Source: Pseudomonadota bacterium (GTDB taxonomy: Bacteria > UBA10199 > 2-02-FULL-44-16 > JAAZCA01). Taken from it: a stretch of 34,530 bases of DNA. The position numbers and the translations under genes are program-made. The stretch spans positions 1 to 34,530 of the forward strand of contig JBDRBN010000003.1 of NCBI GenBank assembly GCA_043822785.1, read 5' to 3'. The stretch's first letter is position 1. Each line of letters starts with the position of its first letter. Positions 1-9,065 of this stretch are shown one piece after another. The notes beneath the pieces were generated by a model that saw only the letters and a program-made list of their open reading frames with translations, had not been told where the DNA came from and made no database searches.

Positions 1-15
1 CTTGATTTGTGTGGA

Positions 16-128
16 TGTCATTGCGAGCGAAGCCATGTACCGTATGGTACATGGCGAAGCGAAGCAATCCCCTTATAACCTGTCTTTGCAGGAGATTGCT
101 TCGTCGCTAAACGCTCCTCGCAATGACA
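16..128. repeat. Palindromic REP/RPE-like element (TGTCATTGCGAG...GAAGCAATC / GATTGCTTCG...CTCGCAATGACA), copy 1
   Basis: Terminal TGTCATTGCGAG pairs with CTCGCAATGACA; inner GAAGCAATC/GATTGCTTC arms; nested hairpin GCCATGTACC-GTAT-GGTACATGGC at 32-55; related copies elsewhere in the window. Confidence 0.9.
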
Positions 129-225
129 CCTCGACATGAGAAAAATGAATTCTTATATATCAATTAGTTAAGACCTCTACGGCGACAGCAGTGAGAATTT
201 ATTGTTAAAACTACGAGTATTGCAC

Positions 226-696
226 ATGATCACTTTTAAAATTATATCTATTAATATAAGTAAGAAAAAGGGTGAAAAGAAGAAGCCGGTGGCAAGTGCC
301 ATTCTTTTGGAAGGAGTTGGTATAGCGGGTGATGCTCACGCAGGTTTCAAACACAGGCAGGTGAGCCTGCTTGCCACAGAGAGCATTGCAAAAATTACGA
401 AACTCGGCCTCAATGCAGGGCCAGGCGATTTTGCCGAAAATATTACAACTGAAGGGATTGGACTTTCCTCCTTACCCATAGGAACCAAGATCCAGTTAGG
501 CGATTGCATTTTGCTAGAAGTTACGCAGATAGGAAAAGAATGCCACGACAGATGTGCGATCTTCAAACAAGTGGGCGACTGCGTGATGCCGCGCGAGGGA
601 ATATTCGCCCGCGTGCTAGAGGGTGGTATGCTAAACATAGGCGACATTGGAAAGGTGTTGAGCTGTCATTGCGAGCAAAGCGAAGCAATCCCCTGA
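226..696 (+). CDS. MOSC domain-containing protein (Moco-related)
   Basis: GDAHAG..HRQVSLL, PGDFAENITT and TQIGKECH..C..CVMPREGIF motifs; ATG at 226 preferred over TTG at 202; last ~10 codons and the stop lie inside a palindromic repeat. Confidence 0.9.
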   Translation: MITFKIISINISKKKGEKKKPVASAILLEGVGIAGDAHAGFKHRQVSLLATESIAKITKLGLNAGPGDFAENITTEGIGLSSLPIGTKIQLGDCILLEVTQIGKECHDRCAIFKQVGDCVMPREGIFARVLEGGMLNIGDIGKVLSCHCEQSEAIP

Positions 697-739
697 AGTC
701 AGGAGATCGCCACGCTCATTACATTCGCTCGCGATGACA
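664..739. repeat. Palindromic REP/RPE-like element, copy 2 (overlaps the MOSC 3' end)
   Basis: TGTCATTGCGAG...GAAGCAATC...GAGATCGCCACG...CTCGCGATGACA. Confidence 0.85.
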
Positions 740-753
740 AATAAGGAATCATA

Positions 754-1257
754 ATGAAAGAGAAGCTACATTTAAACGTTGCCATAATAACAGTAAGCGA
801 CAGAGCTGCATCCGGCACATATGATGATCTAAGCGGCCCGGCTGCCAAGGAAACACTTGCACGCAAGTTTGACGAGGGCGATGTGAAGTTCGATCTCAAG
901 ATAGTGCCTGATGAGCCCTTGCGTCTGCATGAATCAATTAAGAAATTCGTTAATGATAAATATGATCTTGTCATCACCACAGGCGGAACGGGAATTGGTC
1001 CCCGCGATATCACGCCGGAAGTTACAAAAAAACTCATCGACAAAGAAATCCCTGGCATTGGCGAAGCCATGCGTTCTTATTCCATGAGTATTACAAAAAA
1101 CGCCATGCTCTCTAGAGGATGTGCTGGCGTTGCAAAAGAGACGCTCATCGTAAACCTACCTGGCAGTCCAAAAGCGGTGAGCGAGATATTGGATTATTTG
1201 AGCGACACGATCAAACATGCATATTACATGATTAGGGACATAGATGTTCATAGCTGA
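754..1257 (+). CDS. mog: Molybdopterin adenylyltransferase (MogA/MoaB family)
   Basis: ITVSDRA..D.SGP, TTGGTGIGPRDITPE, AMLSR and NLPGSPKA motifs. Confidence 0.92.
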   Translation: MKEKLHLNVAIITVSDRAASGTYDDLSGPAAKETLARKFDEGDVKFDLKIVPDEPLRLHESIKKFVNDKYDLVITTGGTGIGPRDITPEVTKKLIDKEIPGIGEAMRSYSMSITKNAMLSRGCAGVAKETLIVNLPGSPKAVSEILDYLSDTIKHAYYMIRDIDVHS

Positions 1258-2470
1258 TCTGCACATACATTCAAAATACTCCAGAGCAACAGCTAAAACG
1301 TGCGATCTGGAAAATCTTAGCCTTTGGGCGCAGAAAAAAGGCATAGACGTGGTTGCAACCGGCGACTTCACCCACCCTGCGTGGCGCAAAGAATTAAAAG
1401 AAAAGCTCATCCCAGAAGACAACGGTTTATTCAAATTCCGCGATGTGCGCTTTATGCTCTCTGTAGAGATATCCACCATCTATAAGAAGGGAGATCGCAC
1501 CCGCAAAGTACATCACGTTGTATATGTGCCAGGCCTTGAGGCGGCGGATAGGTTTTCTTCGGCATTGGAAAAGATCGGCAACATTCGATCAGACGGCAGG
1601 CCCATACTGGGTCTTGATTCCAGAGATCTTCTGGAAATTGTTTTGGAATCGGATCCCCACTCGTATCTCATACCCGCGCACATCTGGACGCCATGGTTTT
1701 CTGCGCTGGGTTCAAAGTCCGGCTTTGATTCTATAGAGGATTGCTACGGCGATTTAGCACGGCATATCTTTGCTGTGGAAACAGGTCTCTCTTCCGACCC
1801 AGAGATGAACTGGCGCGTATCTTCACTGGATAAATATCGATTAGTGTCAAATTCAGATGCGCATTCGCCCCAGAAGTTGGGCCGCGAAGCATGCCTCTTT
1901 GATACAGAAGTGAATTATTATTCCATGCGCAAAGCCTTAGAAACCGGAAAGGGCTATGTGGGCACGGTGGAATTCTTTCCTGAAGAAGGCAAATACCATT
2001 TGGACGGGCACAGAAAATGCAATGTGCGATTTGATCCGAAACAGACGCGCGAAAACAAAGGCCTGTGTTCTGTATGCGGCAAGCCAGTAACAGTCGGAGT
2101 TATGCATCGAGTTGAGGAGCTGACTGATAAAGATGAAGCATCCCCTCCTCCGCCTACAGCAGGCAAGGTAGTAAGCCTTATTCCACTTACTGAAATACTC
2201 TCTGAGATACTTGGCGTGGGTGCAGCAAGCAAAAGAGTAGCAAAAACATATGAAGAGCTGATCACCAAGCTTGGACCTGAGCTTTCAATACTCATGGATG
2301 TGCCGCCTGAGGAAATAAGCAAGATTGGTAACTCTACTCTCACAGAGGCGATCTCTCGCCTGCGCAAGGGCACTGTGATTCGCGAAGCAGGATATGATGG
2401 TGAGTATGGCAATATAAAGCTCTTTGCTGCAGATGAGCTCACAGGCCATAACAGGGAGCACAACCTATGA
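1244..2470 (+). CDS. Endonuclease Q family PHP-domain protein (TIGR00375-like), stand-alone
   Basis: ADLHIHSKYSRA, GDFTHP, PAHIWTPW, ETGLSSD, SNSDAHS, GKYHLDGHRKC, CxxC zinc finger and C-terminal GYDGEYG. Confidence 0.88.
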   Translation: MFIADLHIHSKYSRATAKTCDLENLSLWAQKKGIDVVATGDFTHPAWRKELKEKLIPEDNGLFKFRDVRFMLSVEISTIYKKGDRTRKVHHVVYVPGLEAADRFSSALEKIGNIRSDGRPILGLDSRDLLEIVLESDPHSYLIPAHIWTPWFSALGSKSGFDSIEDCYGDLARHIFAVETGLSSDPEMNWRVSSLDKYRLVSNSDAHSPQKLGREACLFDTEVNYYSMRKALETGKGYVGTVEFFPEEGKYHLDGHRKCNVRFDPKQTRENKGLCSVCGKPVTVGVMHRVEELTDKDEASPPPPTAGKVVSLIPLTEILSEILGVGAASKRVAKTYEELITKLGPELSILMDVPPEEISKIGNSTLTEAISRLRKGTVIREAGYDGEYGNIKLFAADELTGHNREHNL

Positions 2471-3468
2471 AGCTAAAAATATCTTATATATTGATGATAG
2501 CACTCCTGATGAGTTTAAACCTTGCGAGTTGCAAACCATCCACAGTTCAAGAAACAATAACCACTAAAGAGATTGCCGTTGATGCCAAATCAGACGAAAT
2601 AAAGCTCCTCTTAAATGACCTCACAACTCCGGCCAAAATCGATAACATCGTCAACAAAGCAATTCAGATTCCATTTGATATAAAGTGCGGCGGAATTCAC
2701 GAAACCGTCATGTACACTTTTAATAGGTACGGCTTCTACCCTGAAGATTATAAAGACTTCCTTCTGCAAACATTAAAATCCATAGAATACCCGGGAACCG
2801 ACAACAGGGCCTACGAAATAATCAAATATATCTCAGACGACGGAAGCGTTAATAAGAAGGAGTGGGAAGTAAGCTTAAGGACCGTTCAAAGGAGCACCAA
2901 GCATTATCTCTCAAGATTTCTGCGCTCTCTTTTTTACGGCTCAGAGAACGACAAATTGCCGGCTGACGAGAAAGTGATATATGAACGCGTAGATGAGTTC
3001 TTTGAACTTGCAAAAAAAGGAAAGGTGGGCTTGCCCATAGCATTTCCCTTTGATTTTGTTTTCTTTGAGATGCTGGATGCAGGCTACCCTCGCCAGCTTA
3101 ATTTTACTGACACGCGCGTGTTAAGATATGTGTATGAGAAGTATAATAACACCGTGCCTGACGATAAGCGCCCAAAGCTATATAATATTTTAAAAAATAT
3201 TTATTTGAGAGAGAAGGATCCGGGCATAAAGGAAAAGATATTAAACTGGATATTTGAGCATTTTAAATCAAGGAAGATAGATAAGGAATTATCTTTGGAT
3301 ATGATCAATTTCGCAAATCTGTTTTCCTCTAAGTCTCATCTGGGCGAAGGTAGAGTATCTAATTCTCATCTCAAAAAATATATCGCAGAATGCAGCGAGC
3401 TGATTGCCAAGGATAAAAAGCTAAAACACGCCATCGATGATGCTTTGGCAAGAGCTGAACAGAATTAA
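2467..3468 (+). CDS. Hypothetical lipoprotein
   Basis: 333-aa ORF with ATGA overlap to the previous gene; K-rich N-terminus, hydrophobic stretch and lipobox LASC. Confidence 0.7.
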   Translation: MKLKISYILMIALLMSLNLASCKPSTVQETITTKEIAVDAKSDEIKLLLNDLTTPAKIDNIVNKAIQIPFDIKCGGIHETVMYTFNRYGFYPEDYKDFLLQTLKSIEYPGTDNRAYEIIKYISDDGSVNKKEWEVSLRTVQRSTKHYLSRFLRSLFYGSENDKLPADEKVIYERVDEFFELAKKGKVGLPIAFPFDFVFFEMLDAGYPRQLNFTDTRVLRYVYEKYNNTVPDDKRPKLYNILKNIYLREKDPGIKEKILNWIFEHFKSRKIDKELSLDMINFANLFSSKSHLGEGRVSNSHLKKYIAECSELIAKDKKLKHAIDDALARAEQN

Positions 3469-3479
3469 AACCGGGAGTA

Positions 3480-4271
3480 ATGATGCTAGATGAAGCCCGT
3501 CTAGAAGCAATAGAAACATGGTACTGCACATACGTGGAATCCTTTGATCATAATGACAAGGTTTGCGTTCAAGGCATTGACATGAAAAAGGAACATACAA
3601 GACAGGTGCGCAATAATATCCTTGATCTTGGCGAATCGTTATCGCTTAGCGCAGAGGAACTCAGACTGGCAGACACCATTGCCATGTTGCATGATATTGG
3701 CCGGTTCGAGCAGTGCATCAGATATAAAACATTTTCAGACCTTAAATCAGCAGATCACGGCAAACTAGGCATACAGGTGATTCACGATAACGGCGTGCTC
3801 GACGGCATTGCAGATCATGTGAAACAAATAATCCTTTATGCGATCTCGCACCACAATCGCAGGCTATTACCAAAAGACGGCGCTGATGATTGCATGCTAT
3901 TTTTGAAATTATTAAGAGATGCAGACAAACTCGATATATGGAGATTCTTTAGAGAATACTTTGAAGGATCGATCTACGACGCTAATCATGTAATTGTGCA
4001 TGGCCTACCAGATGAACCTGGCTATTCCTCAGAAATCGCAGACGATGTTTTGGCAGGCAAAATGGCAAAGGTAAAATATTTTAAAAACCTAAACGATCTT
4101 AAGCTCGCATATATCGGTCTTATCTATGATGTTAACTTCAAGCGCACGTATCAGATCTTATATGATAATAAATATCTGGAGGCGTTCTATAGCTTCTTGC
4201 CACAAACTCCGAAGACTGCTCAAATTTATCATAGAGCAAAGAATTATTTGGCAAATAGGCTTTCTAATTGA
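3480..4271 (+). CDS. HD-domain metal-dependent phosphohydrolase
   Basis: KKEHT, LHDIGRF, DHG, HHN and DADKLD motifs; GGGAG RBS. Confidence 0.88.
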   Translation: MMLDEARLEAIETWYCTYVESFDHNDKVCVQGIDMKKEHTRQVRNNILDLGESLSLSAEELRLADTIAMLHDIGRFEQCIRYKTFSDLKSADHGKLGIQVIHDNGVLDGIADHVKQIILYAISHHNRRLLPKDGADDCMLFLKLLRDADKLDIWRFFREYFEGSIYDANHVIVHGLPDEPGYSSEIADDVLAGKMAKVKYFKNLNDLKLAYIGLIYDVNFKRTYQILYDNKYLEAFYSFLPQTPKTAQIYHRAKNYLANRLSN

Positions 4272-4393
4272 TTTCAGCCCAACCTAACCCGCCTAACTCT
4301 TTGATATTTAAAGCTTTATAAATTGCTCCGTCATACTCCCTTTATAAATAAAAATGTTTTATGTCGGATAATGTTATGTTAATAGCCCACGTT

Positions 4394-5500
4394 ATGACAT
4401 TTAGCAGACCCATAACAAATCCGTGTGCATTCACCGAAACATACAGCGTGTTTCTGAGCACTGGAGTTACCCCCTTTTATTGGGAATCAAATAGCATGGG
4501 CAGTTTGCTCTTTACGCCCCATTTGCCTGAACCGAATCGGAATCAGCTAGATAAATTAGTATATCATGCATCAGACAAAAGGAGAGCTACCGATAGGTAC
4601 ATGGCAAGCCTTGGACTGAGCAGGTTTCGCACAGAGTGGCTTTTGGTTCAGTATGTAATACACGCTGCTATGGCAAACCTTGGAATTAATTTAGAACTAA
4701 GTAAGCACGCTGAGCAAGATGTGGCTTCTCTCAGATCTAGGATAACCAGTCGCACAAATATCTTAGAGTCTATTGAAAAAGCTGAGTTCCACATTACCTC
4801 TGGTATCATACATGCATCTTCACATGATACAGAAGATTGGGTTTTAGCCATACAAGACTTCAGAGAAGCATCGGCTATCTACGATAGAGAGGGCCTTTAT
4901 TCAGCTGCAGCCATGGTATGGGAGCTGGCATGCCAGACTGGCAAAAAATATTTTAAGGAAAAGACTATTATAAATATAACAAAAGAGGCGCTGTGCCAAA
5001 CTGGCGGCGAATATTTTCAAGACGAAATAGATGATCATACATTGCAAACGCAAATAGCATCTGATCATTACGCTGCCACGTCATGCTGGCACAAAACATT
5101 GGTTCATGCCCCACTAGATTCAGTGAGCCATGGAATGCGAATCTTCCGAGGCATCAATAACGGCTTGCGGGCAGAAAATTTTGATGGTGTTGTAAATCCT
5201 GGTGATGGCATCATAAACAGCCTTCTTGTATTGTCTGCAGACTGGTATAGCAAAAAAAGCGATCCACAACTAGAAAAGGAGCTGCAGAGCTTATTATATT
5301 ACCATTGGAGAAGGTTACAGCTGGCAGAAAATGGAACTGAATTAACATCGGACGATTGGGAAGATATAGCAAAGACATTGCATAGAACCAGTAAAATATT
5401 CGAAGGCAAAAAACGAAGAGATGTTACCGAGAATGCTGAGTGGCTGGCTAACTCAGCGTATTATTTTGCAACGTTATTGCTTGCTAAATCTAAAAGATAG
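4394..5500 (+). CDS. Hypothetical alpha-helical protein, paralog of 19674-20684
   Basis: Long ORF; start uncertain (4361, 4376 or 4394); collinear similarity blocks with the 19674 protein. Confidence 0.65.
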   Translation: MTFSRPITNPCAFTETYSVFLSTGVTPFYWESNSMGSLLFTPHLPEPNRNQLDKLVYHASDKRRATDRYMASLGLSRFRTEWLLVQYVIHAAMANLGINLELSKHAEQDVASLRSRITSRTNILESIEKAEFHITSGIIHASSHDTEDWVLAIQDFREASAIYDREGLYSAAAMVWELACQTGKKYFKEKTIINITKEALCQTGGEYFQDEIDDHTLQTQIASDHYAATSCWHKTLVHAPLDSVSHGMRIFRGINNGLRAENFDGVVNPGDGIINSLLVLSADWYSKKSDPQLEKELQSLLYYHWRRLQLAENGTELTSDDWEDIAKTLHRTSKIFEGKKRRDVTENAEWLANSAYYFATLLLAKSKR

Positions 5501-5503
5501 TAT

Positions 5504-6688
5504 TTAAAACTTAAAAGTGTTTACCCTCTCGCCATCCTTAACTTCACCCCTCCCAATGGGCACGATCATGAAACCGCAGGCCTTGCTTAGCGCGTAAAGA
5601 TCACCTGAACCTTGATACTCAACAGATCTGACGCCGTCATTCCCATCAAAGATCACCGGTAGATATAGCTCACGCTCAGTTCTATCGCGTTTGAATACGC
5701 CCTTGAAAATGCGCGTTTCCTTCGAACGCTTAAAATCCATACCCATCATCTTATAAAGGGCTGGAAGCGCAAAAAGATTATATGTAACAAATACAGACAC
5801 AGGGTTTCCGGGAAGCGCGAAAACAGGCTTGTTCTCACAGGTCGCAAAAGTAAACGGTTTGCCAGGTTGAATGGCTACCCTGCTAATATGTATTTTTGCA
5901 CCACACTCATGCATGGTCTCATAAACCAGATCATAATCTCCCACAGATATGCCACCAGAGATAAATATGACATCTGATCTTTTTAGAAGTTTTTTAAAAG
6001 CGCTCTTTAGAGAAGAGCGCGTATCTTTTGCTGATAGTTCCATGCTCACATCTATGCCTTGCTGTGCGAGCATAGAACGCAACATAGGCCCGTTGCTATT
6101 ATATATCTTTCCGGCCTCGTACTTGCTTCCTGGCACAAGAAGCTCGCTCCCTGTCACTAAAATTCCCGCCTTAGGTTTACGATAAACAGAAACATCGCCA
6201 ATTCCCAACGAAGCGATATTGGCAAGCACAACTGGTGTAATGAGTTCTCCGGCCAAATATAGCTTATCACCTTTTCCCACCGCCTCGCCTTTTAACCGCA
6301 GATTTATGCGATCATCATCGATTGCTATTTTAATTCTGCTCGCGCCTATTTCTTCAACGTGCTCCTTCATGATCACTTTGCCGGCCCCTGCGGGCAGTTT
6401 AGCTCCTGTCATGATCTTTACTGTACAACCTGGCCTGAGCTTACTCTTATACACCTGGCCTGCGCAAACCTCGCCTATAACCTTAAACTCATTGCCTTCA
6501 TCGCCTTCTGCAATTGCATAGCCATCCATGGCCGACCTGTTAAACGGCGGTAGATCCCTTGGAGCTTTGATCTCCCTGGCCAACACATGGCCCAGCGCTT
6601 GAACCGTTGCTATGCGCTCTGCAGGCAGTCTCTTTATAATGCGCATTACAATATTAAACGCATCCCGGCTTTTAGTCATAGGCAGCAT
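5504..6688 (-). CDS. moeA: Molybdopterin molybdotransferase MoeA
   Basis: PPFNRSAMDGYA, IMTGA, TGSEL, YNSN, SGGISVGDYD, QPGKP and LPGNPVS motifs. Confidence 0.95.
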   Translation of the reverse strand: MLPMTKSRDAFNIVMRIIKRLPAERIATVQALGHVLAREIKAPRDLPPFNRSAMDGYAIAEGDEGNEFKVIGEVCAGQVYKSKLRPGCTVKIMTGAKLPAGAGKVIMKEHVEEIGASRIKIAIDDDRINLRLKGEAVGKGDKLYLAGELITPVVLANIASLGIGDVSVYRKPKAGILVTGSELLVPGSKYEAGKIYNSNGPMLRSMLAQQGIDVSMELSAKDTRSSLKSAFKKLLKRSDVIFISGGISVGDYDLVYETMHECGAKIHISRVAIQPGKPFTFATCENKPVFALPGNPVSVFVTYNLFALPALYKMMGMDFKRSKETRIFKGVFKRDRTERELYLPVIFDGNDGVRSVEYQGSGDLYALSKACGFMIVPIGRGEVKDGERVNTFKF

Positions 6689-7260
6689 ATTTTTAAATCT
6701 TCCGTGGTATTAAGGTTAACAAAGGATGACAATTCAGGGTCAAACTTTTTAATCACATCTTCAGCAATATAATTTGATCTTGCCATCTTAATAAGGCCTG
6801 TCAAACCAACTGTTGGCTCAGAGAGAACAGATTCTATGGATGGAATGAGATTCTTTGAATAAAAACCAAACAAAGGCTCTACCCTTCCGTCTATTTTTCC
6901 AACTACCGCATCAAATCCCGCGCTACTCTTTCTAAAGCAATCCAGCAATTCGTAACTGATAAAAGGCATATCCACAGCACAAACAAAATTCATATCGGCA
7001 TTAGCTGCCATAAGCCCGCAATACAAACCTCTTAGCGGCCCTTGGTATGCCATATCATCCGTAACGAGCCTAACTTCACAAGGAAGCTCTCTGTAGAGGT
7101 CAGGCATGTTGGTGACTACAATTATTTGAGTAAATCCGCCGGCAAGCTGACGCACCTTTCTTGCAATCAGACTCTCGCCTTTAAAAGGGATGAGCCCCTT
7201 TTCCCTAAACCCAAAGCGCTCTCCCCTGCCGCCGGATAATATGATGGCACCTATGTTCAT
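6676..7260 (-). CDS. mobA: Molybdenum cofactor guanylyltransferase
   Basis: ILSGGRGERFG..EKG, GPLRG, AVDMPF, EPL and FVNLNT motifs. Confidence 0.93.
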   Translation of the reverse strand: MNIGAIILSGGRGERFGFREKGLIPFKGESLIARKVRQLAGGFTQIIVVTNMPDLYRELPCEVRLVTDDMAYQGPLRGLYCGLMAANADMNFVCAVDMPFISYELLDCFRKSSAGFDAVVGKIDGRVEPLFGFYSKNLIPSIESVLSEPTVGLTGLIKMARSNYIAEDVIKKFDPELSSFVNLNTTEDLKICCL

Positions 7261-7292
7261 AATAAATTTACCAGCATAGCGAGAAACATAAT

Positions 7293-7364
7293 TGTCATTG
7301 CGAGCGAAAGCGAAGCAATCTCCTCAAGGGGATTGCTTCGTCGCATAGGCTCCTCGCAATGACA
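7293..7364. repeat. Palindromic REP/RPE-like element, copy 3
   Basis: TGTCATTGCGAGCG...GAAGCAATC...GATTGCTTCG...CTCGCAATGACA. Confidence 0.9.
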
Positions 7365-7376
7365 TACATTGCTTGC

Positions 7377-7835
7377 CTAGAAGCATCCAAGTTGGCACTT
7401 AGTTACTTTGACATCTATTTTATTCAAAAGTTTTCCAAACTCCTTTAGGCTTAGACCCGACTTCCCTGCCAGCCCAAATGCCTGTTTGCAATCAATCCTC
7501 TTGCCAACTATGAGATCGCATTTCTTTTTAAGCTCATCTGCATCAGGCCTTCTATCAGGACCATCTCCATCAACAAAGATGGATAGATCCGGATCAAATC
7601 TCTTTAAAATGGAGTTGCCCTCTATCAGAAGATAGGCTGGCTGCCTTGGAAGCGCATGTTTGATGCTATCTATGGAGCTGTCAGAAGGAAGAAGCAGTTC
7701 TTCTTTGTTTTTATCAAAAGCTTCAGACTTTCCCAGCTTAACCGATATGCTGTCAGAAAAGAAATCTCTAATCTTTCTGAGCACCGTGGTCTTGCCCACA
7801 TCGCTACAAGCGCCGGCAACTACGATTGTTTTCAT
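7377..7835 (-). CDS. MobB-like P-loop protein with a C-terminal Cys-motif (CQLGCF) domain
   Basis: VVAGACSDVGKTT Walker A and LLIEGNS Walker-B-like segment; C-terminus IDC..AF.LA...G...N..DVKVTKCQLGCF; lies upstream of mobA. Confidence 0.6.
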   Translation of the reverse strand: MKTIVVAGACSDVGKTTVLRKIRDFFSDSISVKLGKSEAFDKNKEELLLPSDSSIDSIKHALPRQPAYLLIEGNSILKRFDPDLSIFVDGDGPDRRPDADELKKKCDLIVGKRIDCKQAFGLAGKSGLSLKEFGKLLNKIDVKVTKCQLGCF

Positions 7836-7850
7836 CTATTAACCGCTACC

Positions 7851-7886
7851 TTTCTCGCCTGTCTCGCGTTTCTCGCTTGTCTCGCC
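7851..7886. repeat. 9-bp tandem repeat (TKTCTCGCN x4)
   Basis: tttctcgcc tgtctcgcg tttctcgct tgtctcgcc. Confidence 0.85.
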
Positions 7887-7890
7887 GCAT

Positions 7891-8937
7891 TTAAAACACA
7901 TGCACCGCCGACGTCTTAAACGTAACCCAAACTTTGGCTCCTTCTGACAGCTCCATCTCATGCAGGGATCTTTCGGTGATGAGAGCCACAATCTTCTCCC
8001 CAACATTGACTATCACTTCTTTGAGCCTGCCGCGAGGCATTATCTCTACCACCGTGCCTTTGAGACAGTTGCGCGCGCTGGATGCCAATTTTTCTTTTGA
8101 AAGCAGTATATCCTCGGCCGGTATAGAAATATTGCATGCGCCATCTAGATGTGTGCTCACTTGCAGCTTAAGATATTTATTTTCAAACCTTTTCAGTCCA
8201 TTGTGATCAGAAGATAAATTTCCCTGAAAGATATTTTTCACGCCAACAAACTCGGCGACAAAATCATCAACGGGACGGCGCATTATCTCATCTGGGCTGC
8301 CCACCTGAACGACCTTTCCCTCACGCATAACTGCGATTCGATCGGCCAAGAATACGGCCTCTTCAAAATCGTGAGTAACGTGAATAAAGGTGGTATTTGT
8401 CAAAGAGTGAATCCTCTTGAGTTCTTTTCTTAAGCGCTCTCTGAGCGGAGCATCCAAGGAGCTTAACGGTTCATCCAAAAGCACCATTTTAGGCTCCATC
8501 ACAAGAGCCCTTGCCAGCGCAATTCGCTGCTTTTCACCACCGCTGAGGTTATGAACAGAGCGATCCAGTATTCCCTCAATCTTAAGAAGATCGCTTATTT
8601 CCCCCACCTTGTGCGAAATAGAATCTTTGTGCAATTTTGCGATCCGCAAACCAAATGCAATATTTTCCCAAGCGTTTAGAAACGGAAACAACGCATTGTC
8701 CTGATAGACTAGGCCGATATTCCTTTGCTCTGGCGGGAGCTTAACAACAGAATGATTTTGCAACACTATATCGCCATCATCAGGATGGAGAAGTCCTGCT
8801 ATTACTTCAAGAAGCACTGTCTTGCCTGCACCGCTGGGGCCTAAGATCACAAAAAACTCGTTCTCACCTATCTCAAGATCTACTGACTTGAGTGAGAATC
8901 GATCAAATCTTTTGTTTATGTTAACTAATTTTAACAT
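7891..8937 (-). CDS. wtpC: Tungstate/molybdate ABC transporter ATP-binding protein
   Basis: GPSGAGKT, LSGGEKQR, LLDEP and HVTHD motifs; C-terminal TOBE domain (SSARN); start set at ATG 8937 because the upstream extension reads through a repeat. Confidence 0.88.
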   Translation of the reverse strand: MLKLVNINKRFDRFSLKSVDLEIGENEFFVILGPSGAGKTVLLEVIAGLLHPDDGDIVLQNHSVVKLPPEQRNIGLVYQDNALFPFLNAWENIAFGLRIAKLHKDSISHKVGEISDLLKIEGILDRSVHNLSGGEKQRIALARALVMEPKMVLLDEPLSSLDAPLRERLRKELKRIHSLTNTTFIHVTHDFEEAVFLADRIAVMREGKVVQVGSPDEIMRRPVDDFVAEFVGVKNIFQGNLSSDHNGLKRFENKYLKLQVSTHLDGACNISIPAEDILLSKEKLASSARNCLKGTVVEIMPRGRLKEVIVNVGEKIVALITERSLHEMELSEGAKVWVTFKTSAVHVF

Positions 8938-8951
8938 GATTAATTTCAAAC

Positions 8952-9051
8952 TGTCATTGCAAGCGACGCCATGTACCGTATGGTACATGGCGAAGCGAAG
9001 CAATCCCCAGAAATTCGGGGATTGCTTCGCCCTAGCGGGCTCGCAATGACA
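8952..9051. repeat. Palindromic REP/RPE-like element, copy 4
   Basis: Same termini as the family; contains the same 24-bp nested hairpin as copy 1 (8968-8991). Confidence 0.9.
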
Positions 9052-9065
9052 TTCTTTGCATATAC

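Noticed and set aside
158..170. IHF-like sites (158-170, ~4296-4309, ~19459-19471)
   Set aside because: The degenerate AT-rich consensus is easily matched in intergenic DNA and has no independent support
8938..9003. N-terminal extensions of wtpC, wtpB (to 9887) and the Wzi-like gene (to 29495) in the ORF track
   Set aside because: They read through repeats or overlap the neighbouring gene; downstream ATGs fit the families better
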